A DNA stretch of 64,000 nt from Verrucomicrobiota bacterium (lineage in GTDB: Bacteria; Verrucomicrobiota; Verrucomicrobiia; Limisphaerales; Palsa-1400). Shown here one piece after another: positions 9,098-19,668 of the stretch. The DNA is taken from NCBI GenBank assembly GCA_049510745.1, contig JBEKYR010000001.1, positions 124,392 through 188,391 of the forward strand. The letters are read 5' to 3'. The position numbers and the translations under genes were made by a program. Numbering within the stretch: position 1 is the first letter of the stretch; each line of letters starts with the position of its first letter. The notes under the pieces are model-generated. The model was given only the letters and a program-made list of their open reading frames with translations, searched no databases and was not told the origin of the DNA.

Positions 9098-10282
9098 ATG
9101 AAGATACTCGTCGCCAACCTTGGCTCGACGTCGCTGAAATTTCGCCTGTTCGATTTTTCCGGCGGCCAGGAGCGTCTGCTCACGCGTGGCGGCATCGAGC
9201 GCGTGACGGATTATGCCGGGGCCATCGATTCGTGTCTGGACCAACTGCGGCAGGGGGCGTGGATCGAGCGGGAAAGCGATTTGGCGGCAGTGGGCTTCAA
9301 AACGATTATGGCGCGCGGGATCAACGGCTGTGTCCGCCTGGAGGATGGCGTGGTGCGGGCCATGGAGGAGTACAACACAGTCGCGCCCGCGCACAATCCG
9401 CCCTATATCACAGGCATTCGTCTGTTTGCCAAACGCATGCCCGGCGTGCCTTTGGTCGGCCTCTTTGAAACGGCGTTTTACCAGCGGGCGCCGGAGGCGG
9501 CGATGCGCTATGCTGTGCCCGAAGCCTGGCATCAGGCCGGGGTGCGCCGGTGGGGTTTTCACGGCGCCAGCCATAAATTCATCGCCGAACGCTCGGCGGA
9601 ATTGCTCGGGCGCGAAGACGTGGCCCAACGGGCGCGCCTGCTTTACGTGAAGGGCGGCGAAACCCCGGTGCGCTCCCCTGCCCTGCGCGTCATCTCCTGT
9701 CATCTGGGCGGCAGTTCGTCGGTCACCGGCATCCGCAACGGCGTGGCCATCGGCAACAGTATGGGATTCAGCCCGCAATCGGGATTGCCGCAGAACAATC
9801 GCGTGGGCGACCTGGACGCTTTTGCACTGCCGTATGTGATGCGGGCGACCGACGTGACGCTGGCGGAGGCCGGGCGCCAACTGTGCGAGGAATCGGGCCT
9901 CAAGGCCCTTTCGGGCGGATACAACGACATTCGCGACATCGCGGCGCAGGCCGCCCAAGGCAACGCCCGCGCGCAATTGGCGCTGGATGTTTTTGTGGAC
10001 AGCGCGCGCCATTGGATCGGCGCGTATTATCTGCAACTCAACGGCATCGACGCGCTGGTTTTCACCGCCGGCATCGGCGAAAACCGCGCCGAGTTGCGGG
10101 CGGCCATCTGCCGCGATCTGGACCAACTGGGCATCGTCTTGGACGCCGGCCTGAACGAGGGCGCGCGCGCCCAGGAGGCGGTGATCAGCGGGCCGGAATC
10201 GCGCGTCAAAGTCATGATCATTCCCGCCAACGAAGAATTGGTCGTCGCCCGCGAGGTGCGCCGCTTTCTTCAATCTAATTAA
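9098..10282 (+). CDS. ackA: Acetate (acyl) kinase
   Basis: MKILVANLGSTSLKF, SCHLGGSSSVTGI and FTAGIGEN motifs. 394 aa, embedded between shell genes. Confidence 0.92.
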   Translation: MKILVANLGSTSLKFRLFDFSGGQERLLTRGGIERVTDYAGAIDSCLDQLRQGAWIERESDLAAVGFKTIMARGINGCVRLEDGVVRAMEEYNTVAPAHNPPYITGIRLFAKRMPGVPLVGLFETAFYQRAPEAAMRYAVPEAWHQAGVRRWGFHGASHKFIAERSAELLGREDVAQRARLLYVKGGETPVRSPALRVISCHLGGSSSVTGIRNGVAIGNSMGFSPQSGLPQNNRVGDLDAFALPYVMRATDVTLAEAGRQLCEESGLKALSGGYNDIRDIAAQAAQGNARAQLALDVFVDSARHWIGAYYLQLNGIDALVFTAGIGENRAELRAAICRDLDQLGIVLDAGLNEGARAQEAVISGPESRVKVMIIPANEELVVAREVRRFLQSN

Positions 10283-10324
10283 ACCCATCACCCCATTACC
10301 GAACCTGAAAGGAAAGAAAACATT

Positions 10325-10618
10325 ATGGCACATCAAGCAATCGGACTCATTGAAACGCGCGGATTGATCGCCCTGGTCGAGGGCACCGACGCCATGCTCA
10401 AGGCGGCCAACGTCGAACTGGCCGGCCCGATGCAGCAAGTCGGCAACGCCCTGGTCACGGCCGTGGTCGTGGGCGACGTGGCGGCCGTCAAGGCCGCGAC
10501 CGACGCCGGCGCGCAGGCGATCAAGGCGAACAAGGGCGAACTGGTCAGCGTCCATGTCATCGCCCGGCCGCACTCGGAGGTGGAAGCCGTGCTGCCGCAC
10601 AAACCGCAAGGGAAATAG
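10325..10618 (+). CDS. BMC-H shell protein
   Basis: QAIGLIETRGLIALVEGTDAMLKAANV...[13 protein letters not shown]...HVIARPH. Confidence 0.93.
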   Translation: MAHQAIGLIETRGLIALVEGTDAMLKAANVELAGPMQQVGNALVTAVVVGDVAAVKAATDAGAQAIKANKGELVSVHVIARPHSEVEAVLPHKPQGK

Positions 10619-10620
10619 TT

Positions 10621-10932
10621 ATGTTCCTGGCGCGAGTCGAAGGCGCGGTCGTGGCGACGAAGAAAGACCCGTCGATGAACGGGCGCACCCTGCTGTTGTT
10701 GCGGCCGCAACTGGTGGATGAGAAGGACCCGACGCGGTTCCGGGCGGGGGTCAACACGATTGTTGCCGTGGACAGCATCGGGGCGGGCGTGGGCGAGATG
10801 GTGCTCTTTTGCCAGGGCAGCTCGGCGCGGCTGGCCCCCACCCTGAAGGACGCCCCCGTCGATGCAGTCATCATCGGCATCGTCGATGTGGTCGATGTCT
10901 TGGGGAAACAAGTCTATAGCGCAAAGGCGTAA
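10621..10932 (+). CDS. BMC-P vertex protein (EutN/CcmL family)
   Basis: MFLARVEGAVVATKKDPSMNGRTLLLLRP is a typical EutN/CcmL N-terminus. 103 aa. Confidence 0.9.
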   Translation: MFLARVEGAVVATKKDPSMNGRTLLLLRPQLVDEKDPTRFRAGVNTIVAVDSIGAGVGEMVLFCQGSSARLAPTLKDAPVDAVIIGIVDVVDVLGKQVYSAKA

Positions 10933-10939
10933 TTTCATT

Positions 10940-12427
10940 ATGTCCGCCGCACTCAACGAACAACTCATCCGCGAGGTGGTCGAGGAAGTCCTGGGCGGCA
11001 TCGGTTTGCCCGGCGCCAGCGCGCCAACGCCGCCCGCTCCCGCGCCCCAACCCGCCTGCAATTGCGACCAGCCGCCCGCCGGCTCCGGCTCCGGCCCGTG
11101 CGGGGTTTTCCAGGAGGCCGGCCAGGCGTGCGAGGCGGCCGCCGCGGCCTTTGAAAAACTGCGGCAAGGCGGCATCGCCGCGCGGCAGAAGGTCGTCAGC
11201 ATTGTCAAGACGTTGGCTGAGGCCCACGCGACCGAATGGGGCCGGCTGGAGTTGGAAGAAACCAAAATCGGCCGGCTCGACCATAAAATCGAAAAGCTGC
11301 AAATCCTCAAAAATGTTCCGGGCGTGGAGTGGCTGCGGCCCTTCGGGTTCAGCGGCGATCACGGCATCACGCTGGAGGAATACACGCCCTTCGGAGTCAT
11401 CGGCGCGATCACTCCCTCGACGCATTCGATCCCCACGATCAGCGGCAACATTATCAGCATGGTGGCGGCGGGCAATGCCGTGGTATTCAACGCGCATCCT
11501 TCCGGCGCGCGCTGCGCCGCGGTAGCCATTCGCGCTTACAACCAGGCCATTCAACGCGAGACCGGGATCGAAAACCTTTGCTGCATCATCGAACAGCCGA
11601 CGTTGGAATCGTTCAAGGCGCTGTGCGCCAACGAACAGGTGCGCTTGCTCTGCGTCACCGGCGGCCCCGGCCTGGTGGAAGCGGCCATGAAGGCCGGCAA
11701 ACGCGCCATTTGCGCCGGCCCCGGCAATCCCCCGGTGCTGGTCGATGACACCGCCTGCATGAAACGGGCCGCCCGCGCCATCGTCCAGGGCGCCGCCTAC
11801 GACAACAACCTGCTCTGCATCGGCGAAAAGGAAGTGTTTGCGCTGGACGGCATCGCCGGCGAACTCATGTCGGAAATGGAGAAACACGGGGCCGTCAGCC
11901 TCAATGCCGCCCAATTGGAGCGGCTGACCACGGCGGCCTTTGTTTTCAAAGAAGGGCGCGGCGGGGGCTGCGCGGAGCCGGTTGTCAATAGAGATTTCAT
12001 CGGCAAAGACCCGTCCGTCCTGGCGCAGGCCGCCGGCGTGAGTCTGCCGGACAAGACGCAACTGCTTTTCGCCGAAACCGACGCCCATCATCCCTTTGTG
12101 GTGGAGGAACAGATGATGCCGTTCCTTCCCATCGTGCGCGTCAGGAGCGTGGAGGAGGGCATCGCGGCGGCCAAGGCGGCCGAGCACAATTACAAACACA
12201 CCTCGATCATTCATTCCCACGACGTCGAGCACATGACCGCCATGGCGCGCGCCCTGGACACGACCTTGTTCATCAAGAACGGGCCGTGCCTGGCCGGATT
12301 GGGGGCGGGCGGGGAAGGATACCTGAGCTTTTCCATTGCCACGCCGACGGGCGAAGGAGTGACCAACCCGAGGACCTTCACGCGCGTGCGCCGCTGCGTG
12401 ATGGTCGATAACCTGAGGATTTACTGA
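10940..12427 (+). CDS. CoA-acylating aldehyde dehydrogenase (PduP/EutE-like) with N-terminal encapsulation peptide
   Basis: Start chosen at MSAALNEQLIREVVEEVL, an amphipathic helix followed by a Pro/Ala-rich linker. Aldehyde dehydrogenase core with catalytic Cys context DNNLLCIGEKE. Confidence 0.9.
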   Translation: MSAALNEQLIREVVEEVLGGIGLPGASAPTPPAPAPQPACNCDQPPAGSGSGPCGVFQEAGQACEAAAAAFEKLRQGGIAARQKVVSIVKTLAEAHATEWGRLELEETKIGRLDHKIEKLQILKNVPGVEWLRPFGFSGDHGITLEEYTPFGVIGAITPSTHSIPTISGNIISMVAAGNAVVFNAHPSGARCAAVAIRAYNQAIQRETGIENLCCIIEQPTLESFKALCANEQVRLLCVTGGPGLVEAAMKAGKRAICAGPGNPPVLVDDTACMKRAARAIVQGAAYDNNLLCIGEKEVFALDGIAGELMSEMEKHGAVSLNAAQLERLTTAAFVFKEGRGGGCAEPVVNRDFIGKDPSVLAQAAGVSLPDKTQLLFAETDAHHPFVVEEQMMPFLPIVRVRSVEEGIAAAKAAEHNYKHTSIIHSHDVEHMTAMARALDTTLFIKNGPCLAGLGAGGEGYLSFSIATPTGEGVTNPRTFTRVRRCVMVDNLRIY

Positions 12428-12429
12428 CC

Positions 12430-12708
12430 ATGCTACTCGCGCGCGTTGAAGGCAATGTGGTGGCGACCCGGAAACATCCGAGTTTGGAGGGCTGGCGCCT
12501 GGTACTCTGCCAGCCGGTCAACTCCGCCGGCCAACCGGAAGGTTCGCCCCAAGTGGCCATCGACGCCCACGGGGCCGGCCTGCACCAACAGGTGATCATC
12601 TCCTCCGACGGCGCCGCCGCCCGCGCCGCCGTCGGCGACCCGAAAAGCCCGGCCCGCTGGATGGTCATCGGCATCGTGGATGAAAAGGAAGGCGGGGCGC
12701 CGCCATGA
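12430..12708 (+). CDS. BMC-P vertex protein (EutN/CcmL family)
   Basis: MLLARVEGNVVATRKHPSLEGWRLVLCQP. 92 aa. Confidence 0.9.
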   Translation: MLLARVEGNVVATRKHPSLEGWRLVLCQPVNSAGQPEGSPQVAIDAHGAGLHQQVIISSDGAAARAAVGDPKSPARWMVIGIVDEKEGGAPP

Positions 12709-13004
12709 GAATTGGAACCGTCATCGGCAGAGTCACTCTGAGCAAAACGGTGGAGCCGTTGCGCGGCGCCCGCTGGCTGATCGTCAGCCCGTTTACGCGC
12801 GAACAATTTCAACACGCGGCCCACCGGCCGGCCGTGAGCCAGGAACCGAGCCTGGTGGTGTACGATGATTTGGGCGGCGGCGTGGGTCAAACCATCGGAT
12901 TCATCGAAGGCCGCGAAGCCGCCATGCCGTTCTGTCAACCCACGCCCATCGACGCCATCGACGCGGCGCTGGTGGACGAGATATTTTACTCGCCATTTAA
13001 ATGA
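12705..13004 (+). CDS. BMC-P vertex protein (EutN/CcmL family)
   Basis: MRIGTVIGRVTLSKTVEPLRGARWLIVSP. 99 aa, with 4-bp overlaps to both neighbours. Confidence 0.85.
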   Translation: MRIGTVIGRVTLSKTVEPLRGARWLIVSPFTREQFQHAAHRPAVSQEPSLVVYDDLGGGVGQTIGFIEGREAAMPFCQPTPIDAIDAALVDEIFYSPFK

Positions 13005-14050
13005 GAGCCATCATCAGCGCCAGGGAAGTCGAAGAGTTGCTGCGCAAGGGCGGCGACATCAAATCCATTCCGTCCGACGCGATCGTGACGCCGGCGGCGC
13101 GCGATTTGTTGCGCGAATTTGAGAACAGCGGTGCGCGCCCCTGGTCGTCCGGGTTGGAGAAGACCTCCGCCAAAGCGGCCCAGCCCGTCACCCCGGCCAG
13201 TTCGCCCGCCGAGTTGGAAGCTTTCTTCAATTCGCCGGAAATTCACGCCCTGAAACTCCAAATCTGCGAGGTGGGCCGCCGCCTCTGGACGCGCGCCTAC
13301 GTCGATGGCAACGGCGGCAACATCGCCATTCGCGTGGGCCAGGGGCTGGCGCTCTGCACGCCGACGCTGGTATCCAAGGGTTTCATGAAGCCGGAAGATT
13401 TATGCCTGGTGGATTTGGATGGGAACCAGTTGGCCGGCGGGAAAAAGCGCACGAGCGAAATCCTGATGCACCTGCAAATCATGAAACGCCAGACGCGCGC
13501 TGTGGCGACCGTCCACTGCCATCCGCCCCATGCGACCGCCTTTGCCGTGGCCGGGGTCGAGCCGCCGACATGCATGATACCGGAAATCGAGGTCTTCATT
13601 GGCAAGGTGCCCATCGCCCCCTACCGCACGCCGGGCACGATGGAAATGGGCAAGCTGGTGTCCGACCTGGCGGACCAGCACAACACCATTCTGATGGCCA
13701 ATCATGGGGTGGTTTCCTGGAGCCACATCAACGTCGAGGACGCCTATTTCAAGATGGAGATCATCGAAGCCTATTGCCGCACGGTGGTGGTGGCCGCGCA
13801 ATTGGGCACGCCGCTCAAGACCTTTTCGCAGACGCATTTGCAGGACCTGCTCAAGATCAAGCAAACCCTCGGCATCCCCGATCCGCGCATCGGGCTGAAG
13901 GAATGCGAACTTTGCAACAACGACGAATGGCGCCCGGGAGTGGCCTGCGCCGTTCCGCCCCAACCGTCCGGCGCGCCCGGACCGGATGAGCAGGCCGAGG
14001 CCCTGGTCCGGGCCATCACCGATCAAATCATGTCAAGACTCAAAACCTGA
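13001..14050 (+). CDS. Class II aldolase (fuculose/rhamnulose-1-phosphate aldolase-like) with ~95-aa N-terminal extension
   Basis: GNGGNIAIR, VHCHPPHATAF and ANHGVVSWS motifs of class II aldolase/adducin. The N-terminal helices ISAREVEELLRKGG...TPAARDLLREF plus a linker are consistent with BMC targeting. Confidence 0.88.
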   Translation: MRAIISAREVEELLRKGGDIKSIPSDAIVTPAARDLLREFENSGARPWSSGLEKTSAKAAQPVTPASSPAELEAFFNSPEIHALKLQICEVGRRLWTRAYVDGNGGNIAIRVGQGLALCTPTLVSKGFMKPEDLCLVDLDGNQLAGGKKRTSEILMHLQIMKRQTRAVATVHCHPPHATAFAVAGVEPPTCMIPEIEVFIGKVPIAPYRTPGTMEMGKLVSDLADQHNTILMANHGVVSWSHINVEDAYFKMEIIEAYCRTVVVAAQLGTPLKTFSQTHLQDLLKIKQTLGIPDPRIGLKECELCNNDEWRPGVACAVPPQPSGAPGPDEQAEALVRAITDQIMSRLKT

Positions 14051-14979
14051 TGAAAGTGACCATTATCGGCGGCGGCGGACGGGTCGGCTCCTGCGCGGCG
14101 TATGCGTTGCAATGCGGCGGGCTGGTTTCCGAGATTCAAATCCTCGACGCCAATCGCGACCTGGCCGAGGGGGAGGCGCTGGACCTGATGCACGGCAGCG
14201 CGCTGGCCGGCGATCAGCGGATTTACGCCGGCGATTACGCCCGCGCCGCCGACAGCGAGATGTTCCTCATCACCGCCGGCCTGCGGCGCAAGCCCGACGA
14301 ATCGCGCCTGGATTTGATCGGGCGCAACGTGGCCTTGTTCGTCTCGATCATCGACGCGATCAAAACCGCCGGCCCGCGCAAAGACGCCCACATTTTCGTC
14401 GTCTCCAATCCGGTCGATATTCTGACGCAACTGGCCTTGCGCCGCAGCGGAATGCCGTGGCGCCAGGTCTATGGCCTGGGCACCATGCTGGACACGGCGC
14501 GCTTCAGCTCGCTCATCGCGGCGGAACTCAACCTGGCGCCGACGCAGGTGAAGGCGCTGATCCTGGGCGAGCACGGGGATTCGATGGCGCCGATCTGGTC
14601 CGGCGCGGTCGTCAACGGCCTGCCGCTGGCCGGGTTGCCCGAATGCGGGCCGGCCTTCCAAAACGCGGTGTTCGAACGCACCAAAGGCAGCGGCGCCGAG
14701 GTCATCAAACGCAAAGGCGGCGCGGGCTGGGCCGTCGGCCTCGCCATCCGGGAGGTGGTCCACGCGGTGCTGTTGAACAAAAAAACAATTTTGCCGGTTT
14801 CCTCCCTCATTCAAGGCGCCTACGACATCCGGGATGTTTGCCTGAGCGTGCCTTCGGTCGTCGGACGCCAGGGGATCGAAGCGCACGTCAACATCAAATT
14901 GTGGCCGAAGGAATTGATGGCCCTGCAAGCGTCGGCCAAGGCGCTCAAAGACACGCTGGCAAAAGTCCGCCTGGAGTGA
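14050..14979 (+). CDS. Lactate/malate dehydrogenase family oxidoreductase
   Basis: MKVTIIGGGGRVG Rossmann motif and GEHGDSMAP active-site loop. 309 aa, and its start overlaps the aldolase stop. Confidence 0.88.
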   Translation: MKVTIIGGGGRVGSCAAYALQCGGLVSEIQILDANRDLAEGEALDLMHGSALAGDQRIYAGDYARAADSEMFLITAGLRRKPDESRLDLIGRNVALFVSIIDAIKTAGPRKDAHIFVVSNPVDILTQLALRRSGMPWRQVYGLGTMLDTARFSSLIAAELNLAPTQVKALILGEHGDSMAPIWSGAVVNGLPLAGLPECGPAFQNAVFERTKGSGAEVIKRKGGAGWAVGLAIREVVHAVLLNKKTILPVSSLIQGAYDIRDVCLSVPSVVGRQGIEAHVNIKLWPKELMALQASAKALKDTLAKVRLE

Positions 14980-15019
14980 CGGCCATGAAATCGCCGGACG
15001 CGATTAAATTCTGGCGCCG

Positions 15020-15733
15020 TTACTCCAAAGGCTTGCGGCCATAGACTTCGATCTCGGTGTATTCGTTGAGGCGGCTCTCGGTGCTGCCTTTGGAGTAAGA
15101 GCGCACGTAGCGGGCCACGGCGCCCCTGGCCTCGATCAGTTTGCCCTCGTGGGATTCAAAGTATTCCCGGTTGGTCCCGGCTCCCAGGCCATCGAGATTC
15201 GCCTGGTCGTTGTTGAAGAGCGTGCGCACGTCCGTGGTGAACGCCGCGTCGTTGGCCACCTGCACCACCACGCCGTGATAGACCTTGGGCTTGTCATGCG
15301 CGTGCCAGAGGACGATGGCGTAAATCTCGCAGGGCGCGCCCAGATCGACCTGCACCCATTGCACGCCTTTGTGCAGGAGCACCACGCTTTGTTCGCTGGC
15401 TTCCTTGTCACCATCGGTGATTTTGGCCAGGTTGACGGCCAATTGGTTGGTGTCGCTGGCCGTGACGGTCCTGCCCAGGGCGACGTTGCTGAGGCCGGGG
15501 GGCACCATCAACGGCGGGCGCGGTTTGCCGGTGGGTTTCTCCACCGTGGTGCCGACGGGCGTATCGGACGGAGTGCCGATGAAAGCCGCGGCCGGGAGCT
15601 TGATTTGGAGGGGGACGAGGTCTCCGAGCGCATGGCAGTTGAGCGCCAGCGCAAAACAAGGCGCGCCCAGCGCCAGCCAGCGCCACAACCGGCGTCGCGG
15701 CCCATCCTTTTTCAAAATCGTCATTCGAGACAT
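15020..15733 (-). CDS. Secreted discoidin (F5/8 type C, galactose-binding-like) domain protein
   Basis: Start chosen at MSRMTILKK...LALGAPCFALALNCHA (signal peptide). The C-terminal part VQWVQVDLGAPCEIYAIVLWHAHD...YTEIEVYG is typical of a discoidin domain. Confidence 0.7.
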   Translation of the reverse strand: MSRMTILKKDGPRRRLWRWLALGAPCFALALNCHALGDLVPLQIKLPAAAFIGTPSDTPVGTTVEKPTGKPRPPLMVPPGLSNVALGRTVTASDTNQLAVNLAKITDGDKEASEQSVVLLHKGVQWVQVDLGAPCEIYAIVLWHAHDKPKVYHGVVVQVANDAAFTTDVRTLFNNDQANLDGLGAGTNREYFESHEGKLIEARGAVARYVRSYSKGSTESRLNEYTEIEVYGRKPLE

Positions 15734-15810
15734 GGTTCCATCATAAGAACGGCCCTGGCCGTCTGCCAAGAAGATAGAGGCGGGCGTTCCCCGGCGAAAA
15801 TCACGAAGAG

Positions 15811-17346
15811 TCAACTTGGCGCCGCCACCTTTCCCAAGTGCCGGGTCTGGCGCTTTGGGCCGGGGTTGGCGCGGCGGGCCGTTCTGTCTTCCGCGTCCGC
15901 GATATAAGCGGCCAAGAACTCCGGTTTCTCCCGCCGCCCGCCCCGCCGCCAGTCGCGCCACAAACATTGCGCCACCTCCGCCGGCGGCCGGCCCGCTTCC
16001 ACTGTCAAGTATTCAAAAAGCAGTTCCGCCAGCCGCGTCAGGGCGATGCCGTGCTGCCGCCCCACCCGCGCGTGAAGCCAGTCGCTCCACCGCATGAACG
16101 CCGCGAAGGGCGATGTCCGGCCGGCCCAGAGCAGAGGGGTCGTTTCCACAAAATTGCCGCTGTTGCCCGCCAGTTCCCAGTAACGCGAGAAGCGCCGCAA
16201 GCGTTGCATGGCCGGAAAATCCAGCAGTTTGTTGCGCAACATCTCGTAGGGCGGATGCGCGCTGTAAACCATCTCCCAGGCCTGGTCGTGCCGCACGATG
16301 GGCGTGCCGCGCAGGCGCTTCAAGATCCCCACCTGAATCTCCTGCGGCCCCAAGGCCAGCAACCGGTCAAAGCCCGCCGCGAAACTCTCCAGCGTCTCCC
16401 CCGGCAGCCCCGCGATCAAATCGGCGTGGAGATGGACGCCGGTCTGGCGGCGCAGGAAACGGAAATTCTCCTCCAGGCGGGCGTCGTCCTGACGGCGGCT
16501 GATGTTGTTCAAGACGGATTGGTTGAAGGATTGCACGCCCACCTCGAATTGCAGCGTGCCCGGCGGGAATTTCGCGATCACCTCGCGCAACGCCTCCGGC
16601 AGGCGGTCCGGGATCATTTCAAAATGGAGGAACAGCCCGGGGCGGCATCGTTCGAGAAAGAACTCCAGGATCGCCCGGCTGGCCGCGAGGTTGAGATTGA
16701 ACGTCCTGTCAACAAACTTGAATTGATTCACGCCCCGGTCCAGCAGCCGGCGCAATTCCCCCAGCAGGGCCGGCAGCGGAAACGGCCGCACCGGCACGTC
16801 CAGCGACGAGAGGCAAAACTCACAGGTGAACGGGCAGCCGCGCGACGCTTCCACGTAAATGATGCGGTGGGCCACGTCTTCGGCGGTATAAAACTCGTAG
16901 GGCAGCGCCAGTTTCGCCAAATCCGGCAAGTCCGCCGCGATGATTTTCTGGGCCGGCGGCGTCCCGGCCAGAATCAGCCGGCAGACTTCGGCGAATTTCA
17001 GGTCCGCCTCGCCCGTCACGACGTAATCGGCCAGGCGGACGATTTCCTGCCGCTCGACCTCGAAGCTGACCTCCGGCCCGCCGAGAATGACGGTCAGATC
17101 GGGCCGCACCCGTTTGAGCGCCGCCACCACTTCGGTGGTTTGCGCGACATTCCATATATAGACGCCCAAGCCGACAATCCCGGGCGCCTGGGCCAGGATC
17201 GACTCCGCGACATCGAGCGGGCGCTGTTGCAGATCGAATTCGAGAAGACAGGCCTGCGCCCGCAACGGGCCGAGGTTGGCCAGCAAATAGCGCAAACCAA
17301 AAGCGGCATGAATATATTTGGCGTTTAATGTGGCAAGAACGATCAT
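15811..17346 (-). CDS. B12-binding radical SAM protein (DUF4080-type C-terminus)
   Basis: N-terminal cobalamin-binding-like region [21 protein letters not shown], a radical SAM cluster [11 protein letters not shown] (CxxxCxxC) and a long C-terminal extension. Confidence 0.85.
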   Translation of the reverse strand: MIVLATLNAKYIHAAFGLRYLLANLGPLRAQACLLEFDLQQRPLDVAESILAQAPGIVGLGVYIWNVAQTTEVVAALKRVRPDLTVILGGPEVSFEVERQEIVRLADYVVTGEADLKFAEVCRLILAGTPPAQKIIAADLPDLAKLALPYEFYTAEDVAHRIIYVEASRGCPFTCEFCLSSLDVPVRPFPLPALLGELRRLLDRGVNQFKFVDRTFNLNLAASRAILEFFLERCRPGLFLHFEMIPDRLPEALREVIAKFPPGTLQFEVGVQSFNQSVLNNISRRQDDARLEENFRFLRRQTGVHLHADLIAGLPGETLESFAAGFDRLLALGPQEIQVGILKRLRGTPIVRHDQAWEMVYSAHPPYEMLRNKLLDFPAMQRLRRFSRYWELAGNSGNFVETTPLLWAGRTSPFAAFMRWSDWLHARVGRQHGIALTRLAELLFEYLTVEAGRPPAEVAQCLWRDWRRGGRREKPEFLAAYIADAEDRTARRANPGPKRQTRHLGKVAAPS

Positions 17347-17392
17347 GCGAAGTATAAGTTTAACGTTTAACGTTTAAAGATGAAAGTCCAAT

Positions 17393-18733
17393 ATGATGCG
17401 TAACATTATCTTGACAGCAATGGCGCTGGGCTGCGCGGCCGGCTTGCGGGCCGACGATTGGCCGCAGTGGCTTGGGCCGGAGCGGGACAGCATTTGGCGC
17501 GAGACCGGAATAGTCAGCTCGTTTCCCGCCGGCGGACCGCCGGTGGTGTGGCGGGCGGAAATCGGCTCCGGTTATTCCGGCCCCGCCGTGGCCCAAGGGC
17601 GGGTATATGTCTTCGATCACCAGTTTGCCAAGCCGTCGGACAAACCGGCGGACCCGATGTCCCACGCGACCATCCCCGGCGCCGAGCGGATTCTTTGCCT
17701 GAACGCGGCCGACGGGAAAATCCTGTGGCGGCACGAATACGATTGCCCCTACACCACCAGCTTCCCGGCCGGCCCGCGCACCACGCCCCTGGTCAGCGGG
17801 GACAAAGTCTTCTCGCTCGGAGCCGAAGGCAATTTGTGCTGCCTGGAAGCGGCGACGGGAAACGTCGTGTGGTCGCGGGATTTCAAGGCGGACTATAAAA
17901 TCAAGACGCCGCTGTGGGGCTTTGCAGGAAACCCGCTCCTGGACGGGAACAAGCTGATTTGCCTGGCCGGCGGCTCCAACTCGACGGTGGTCGCGTTGGA
18001 TAAGAACACCGGCAAGGAAATCTGGCGGGCGTTGAGCGCCAAGGAGCCGGGGTATTGTTCCCCCGTGATTTTTCAGGCGGGCGGCGTCCGGCAACTGATT
18101 GTCTGGCATCCGGAATCGCTCAACTCGCTGGACCCGGAGACGGGCCGGGTTTATTGGACCTTGAAATCGTCGCAGCCCATTCGCGCCGGCATGACGATCC
18201 CGACGCCGCGCAAGATGGACGATTTGCTGTTTGTGACTTGCTTCTACAACGGCTCGTGGATGCTGCGGCTGGACGCCGCCAAGCCGGCGGCCGCCACGGT
18301 TTGGCAAAGCCAGCGCGTGAGCGAGCAGAACACCGACGCGCTGCATTCGACCTTGAGCACGCCGTTCCTCCAGGACGGATATATTTACGGTGTTTGCAGC
18401 TACGGACAATTGCGCTGTCTCAACGCCGCCACCGGCGAGCGGGTTTGGGAGACGCTCAGCGCGACCACGGCCGACGGCAAGGAAACGCGCTGGGCCAACG
18501 CCTTCATTGTCAAGAATCAGGACCGTTTCTTCCTGTTCAATGAAAAGGGCGATTTGATCATCGCCAGGCTGACTCCGAAAGGCTGCGAGGAGATCAGCCG
18601 GGCGCACGTCATTGAGCCGGTCAACCGCGATGCGGGCCGTCTGGTGGTGTGGTCTCATCCCGCCTTTGCCAACCGCCGGATGTACGCGAGAAACGACAAC
18701 GAGATCGTCTGCGTGGATTTGGCCCAAAAATGA
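17393..18733 (+). CDS. Secreted PQQ-like beta-propeller repeat protein (BamB-like fold)
   Basis: Signal peptide MMRNIILTAMALGCAAGLRA, then DDWPQWLGPERDS and a repeated G..Y(V/I)...G.L.CL....G..W pattern. Confidence 0.8.
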   Translation: MMRNIILTAMALGCAAGLRADDWPQWLGPERDSIWRETGIVSSFPAGGPPVVWRAEIGSGYSGPAVAQGRVYVFDHQFAKPSDKPADPMSHATIPGAERILCLNAADGKILWRHEYDCPYTTSFPAGPRTTPLVSGDKVFSLGAEGNLCCLEAATGNVVWSRDFKADYKIKTPLWGFAGNPLLDGNKLICLAGGSNSTVVALDKNTGKEIWRALSAKEPGYCSPVIFQAGGVRQLIVWHPESLNSLDPETGRVYWTLKSSQPIRAGMTIPTPRKMDDLLFVTCFYNGSWMLRLDAAKPAAATVWQSQRVSEQNTDALHSTLSTPFLQDGYIYGVCSYGQLRCLNAATGERVWETLSATTADGKETRWANAFIVKNQDRFFLFNEKGDLIIARLTPKGCEEISRAHVIEPVNRDAGRLVVWSHPAFANRRMYARNDNEIVCVDLAQK

Positions 18734-18849
18734 GCGGCCGGCCTTGGGCAAGCCTGCTGATTTGGCGCCAAATGATTGCGCAACACGTTCAGAATCAGAC
18801 CAAAGATGGGTTCGCCGTCGGGATCGGTTGCTGACGCCCGCACCTTCAG

Positions 18850-19620
18850 ACACCCCCCTCCCCCCCCTGTTGTGGGGTTTGATTTAGTCTGATTTAGTCT
18901 GATTTGGTTTGATTTTCCTTGACGGAAACCTGCTGGAGGGGGCCGGACCGGCAAAATCTGCCGGTTAAGGCCGCCTGGAGTCTGGTCCCGCGGCGGACGG
19001 GCAGGAGAACTCCCCGGCGACGCCGCGTTATGTCAAACAGCGCGTGTCCGCACGGCTGGAAAAATGACACAGTTTTGTGAAGTTTCAAGTATTTTGTTGC
19101 TTTTTTGGATTTTTTTGCAGAGTGCGGAACAACGCAAAGAGCAAAAGACGCGAAGGCGCCAAGAGAAGCTGAGAACTTCTTGCGGTGCAATATCCCAAAA
19201 TCGCTCATTTCTGAGAAAACCTTCTCACCACGAAGCACGCGAAGAGAAACCTAAAAGTTTCTTACCACGGATTTCGCGGATTTTCACGGATGGAAAACCC
19301 GTCGCTTCTTATCCCCACGCGCCAGCGTCTTCCCGATAATTTGTTCATCTCTGCAATCCGAAAAACGCCTTGTCATCAAGCCCGGAACGCGCGCGCGTGA
19401 GCGAATCCCGAATCATTAGCGATGTGGTTGCGGACTCACCCAATAGGTGGGCCAGTTTCGGACGAAAGATTCCGTCGGCGGGACAGCAGAACAAATCGTC
19501 GGGCTGACAAGTGAACAAATTGTTGGGCTGACGCTTGCGCGTGGGCTGGCGCGTGGGCCGACGGATGCGGTCGGGACGACCGCGCTCCCGGAAAAGTCGC
19601 TAATGATCGGGGTGTCCTAG
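18850..19620. repeat. Mosaic intergenic repeat region B
   Basis: Tandem gatttagtct units (18878-18918). Module 19254-19360 is the reverse complement of 4525-4684. Module 19485-19565 (gaacaaatcgtcgggctgacaagtgaacaaattgttgggctgacgcttgcgcgtgggctggcgcgtggg) is the direct-orientation copy. Confidence 0.75.
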
Positions 19621-19668
19621 GGAATGGGGGGCTTGTCGTTTTCACGCGGTGCGGTTATGGTTGAAGAG

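Noticed and set aside
8936-10609. A 557-aa minus-strand ORF, and many similar long ORFs antisense to confident genes (for example 10871-12232, 15838-17328, 17360-18853, 22128-24131, 24681-26372, 27783-29417, 31329-32792, 35960-37828, 39317-41140, 41680-43110, 46561-48486 and 49120-51069).
   Set aside because: They overlap genes with clear family motifs on the other strand. Their translations are Arg/Gly/Ala/Pro/His-rich with no recognisable motifs. This is the typical pattern of shadow ORFs in high-GC DNA.
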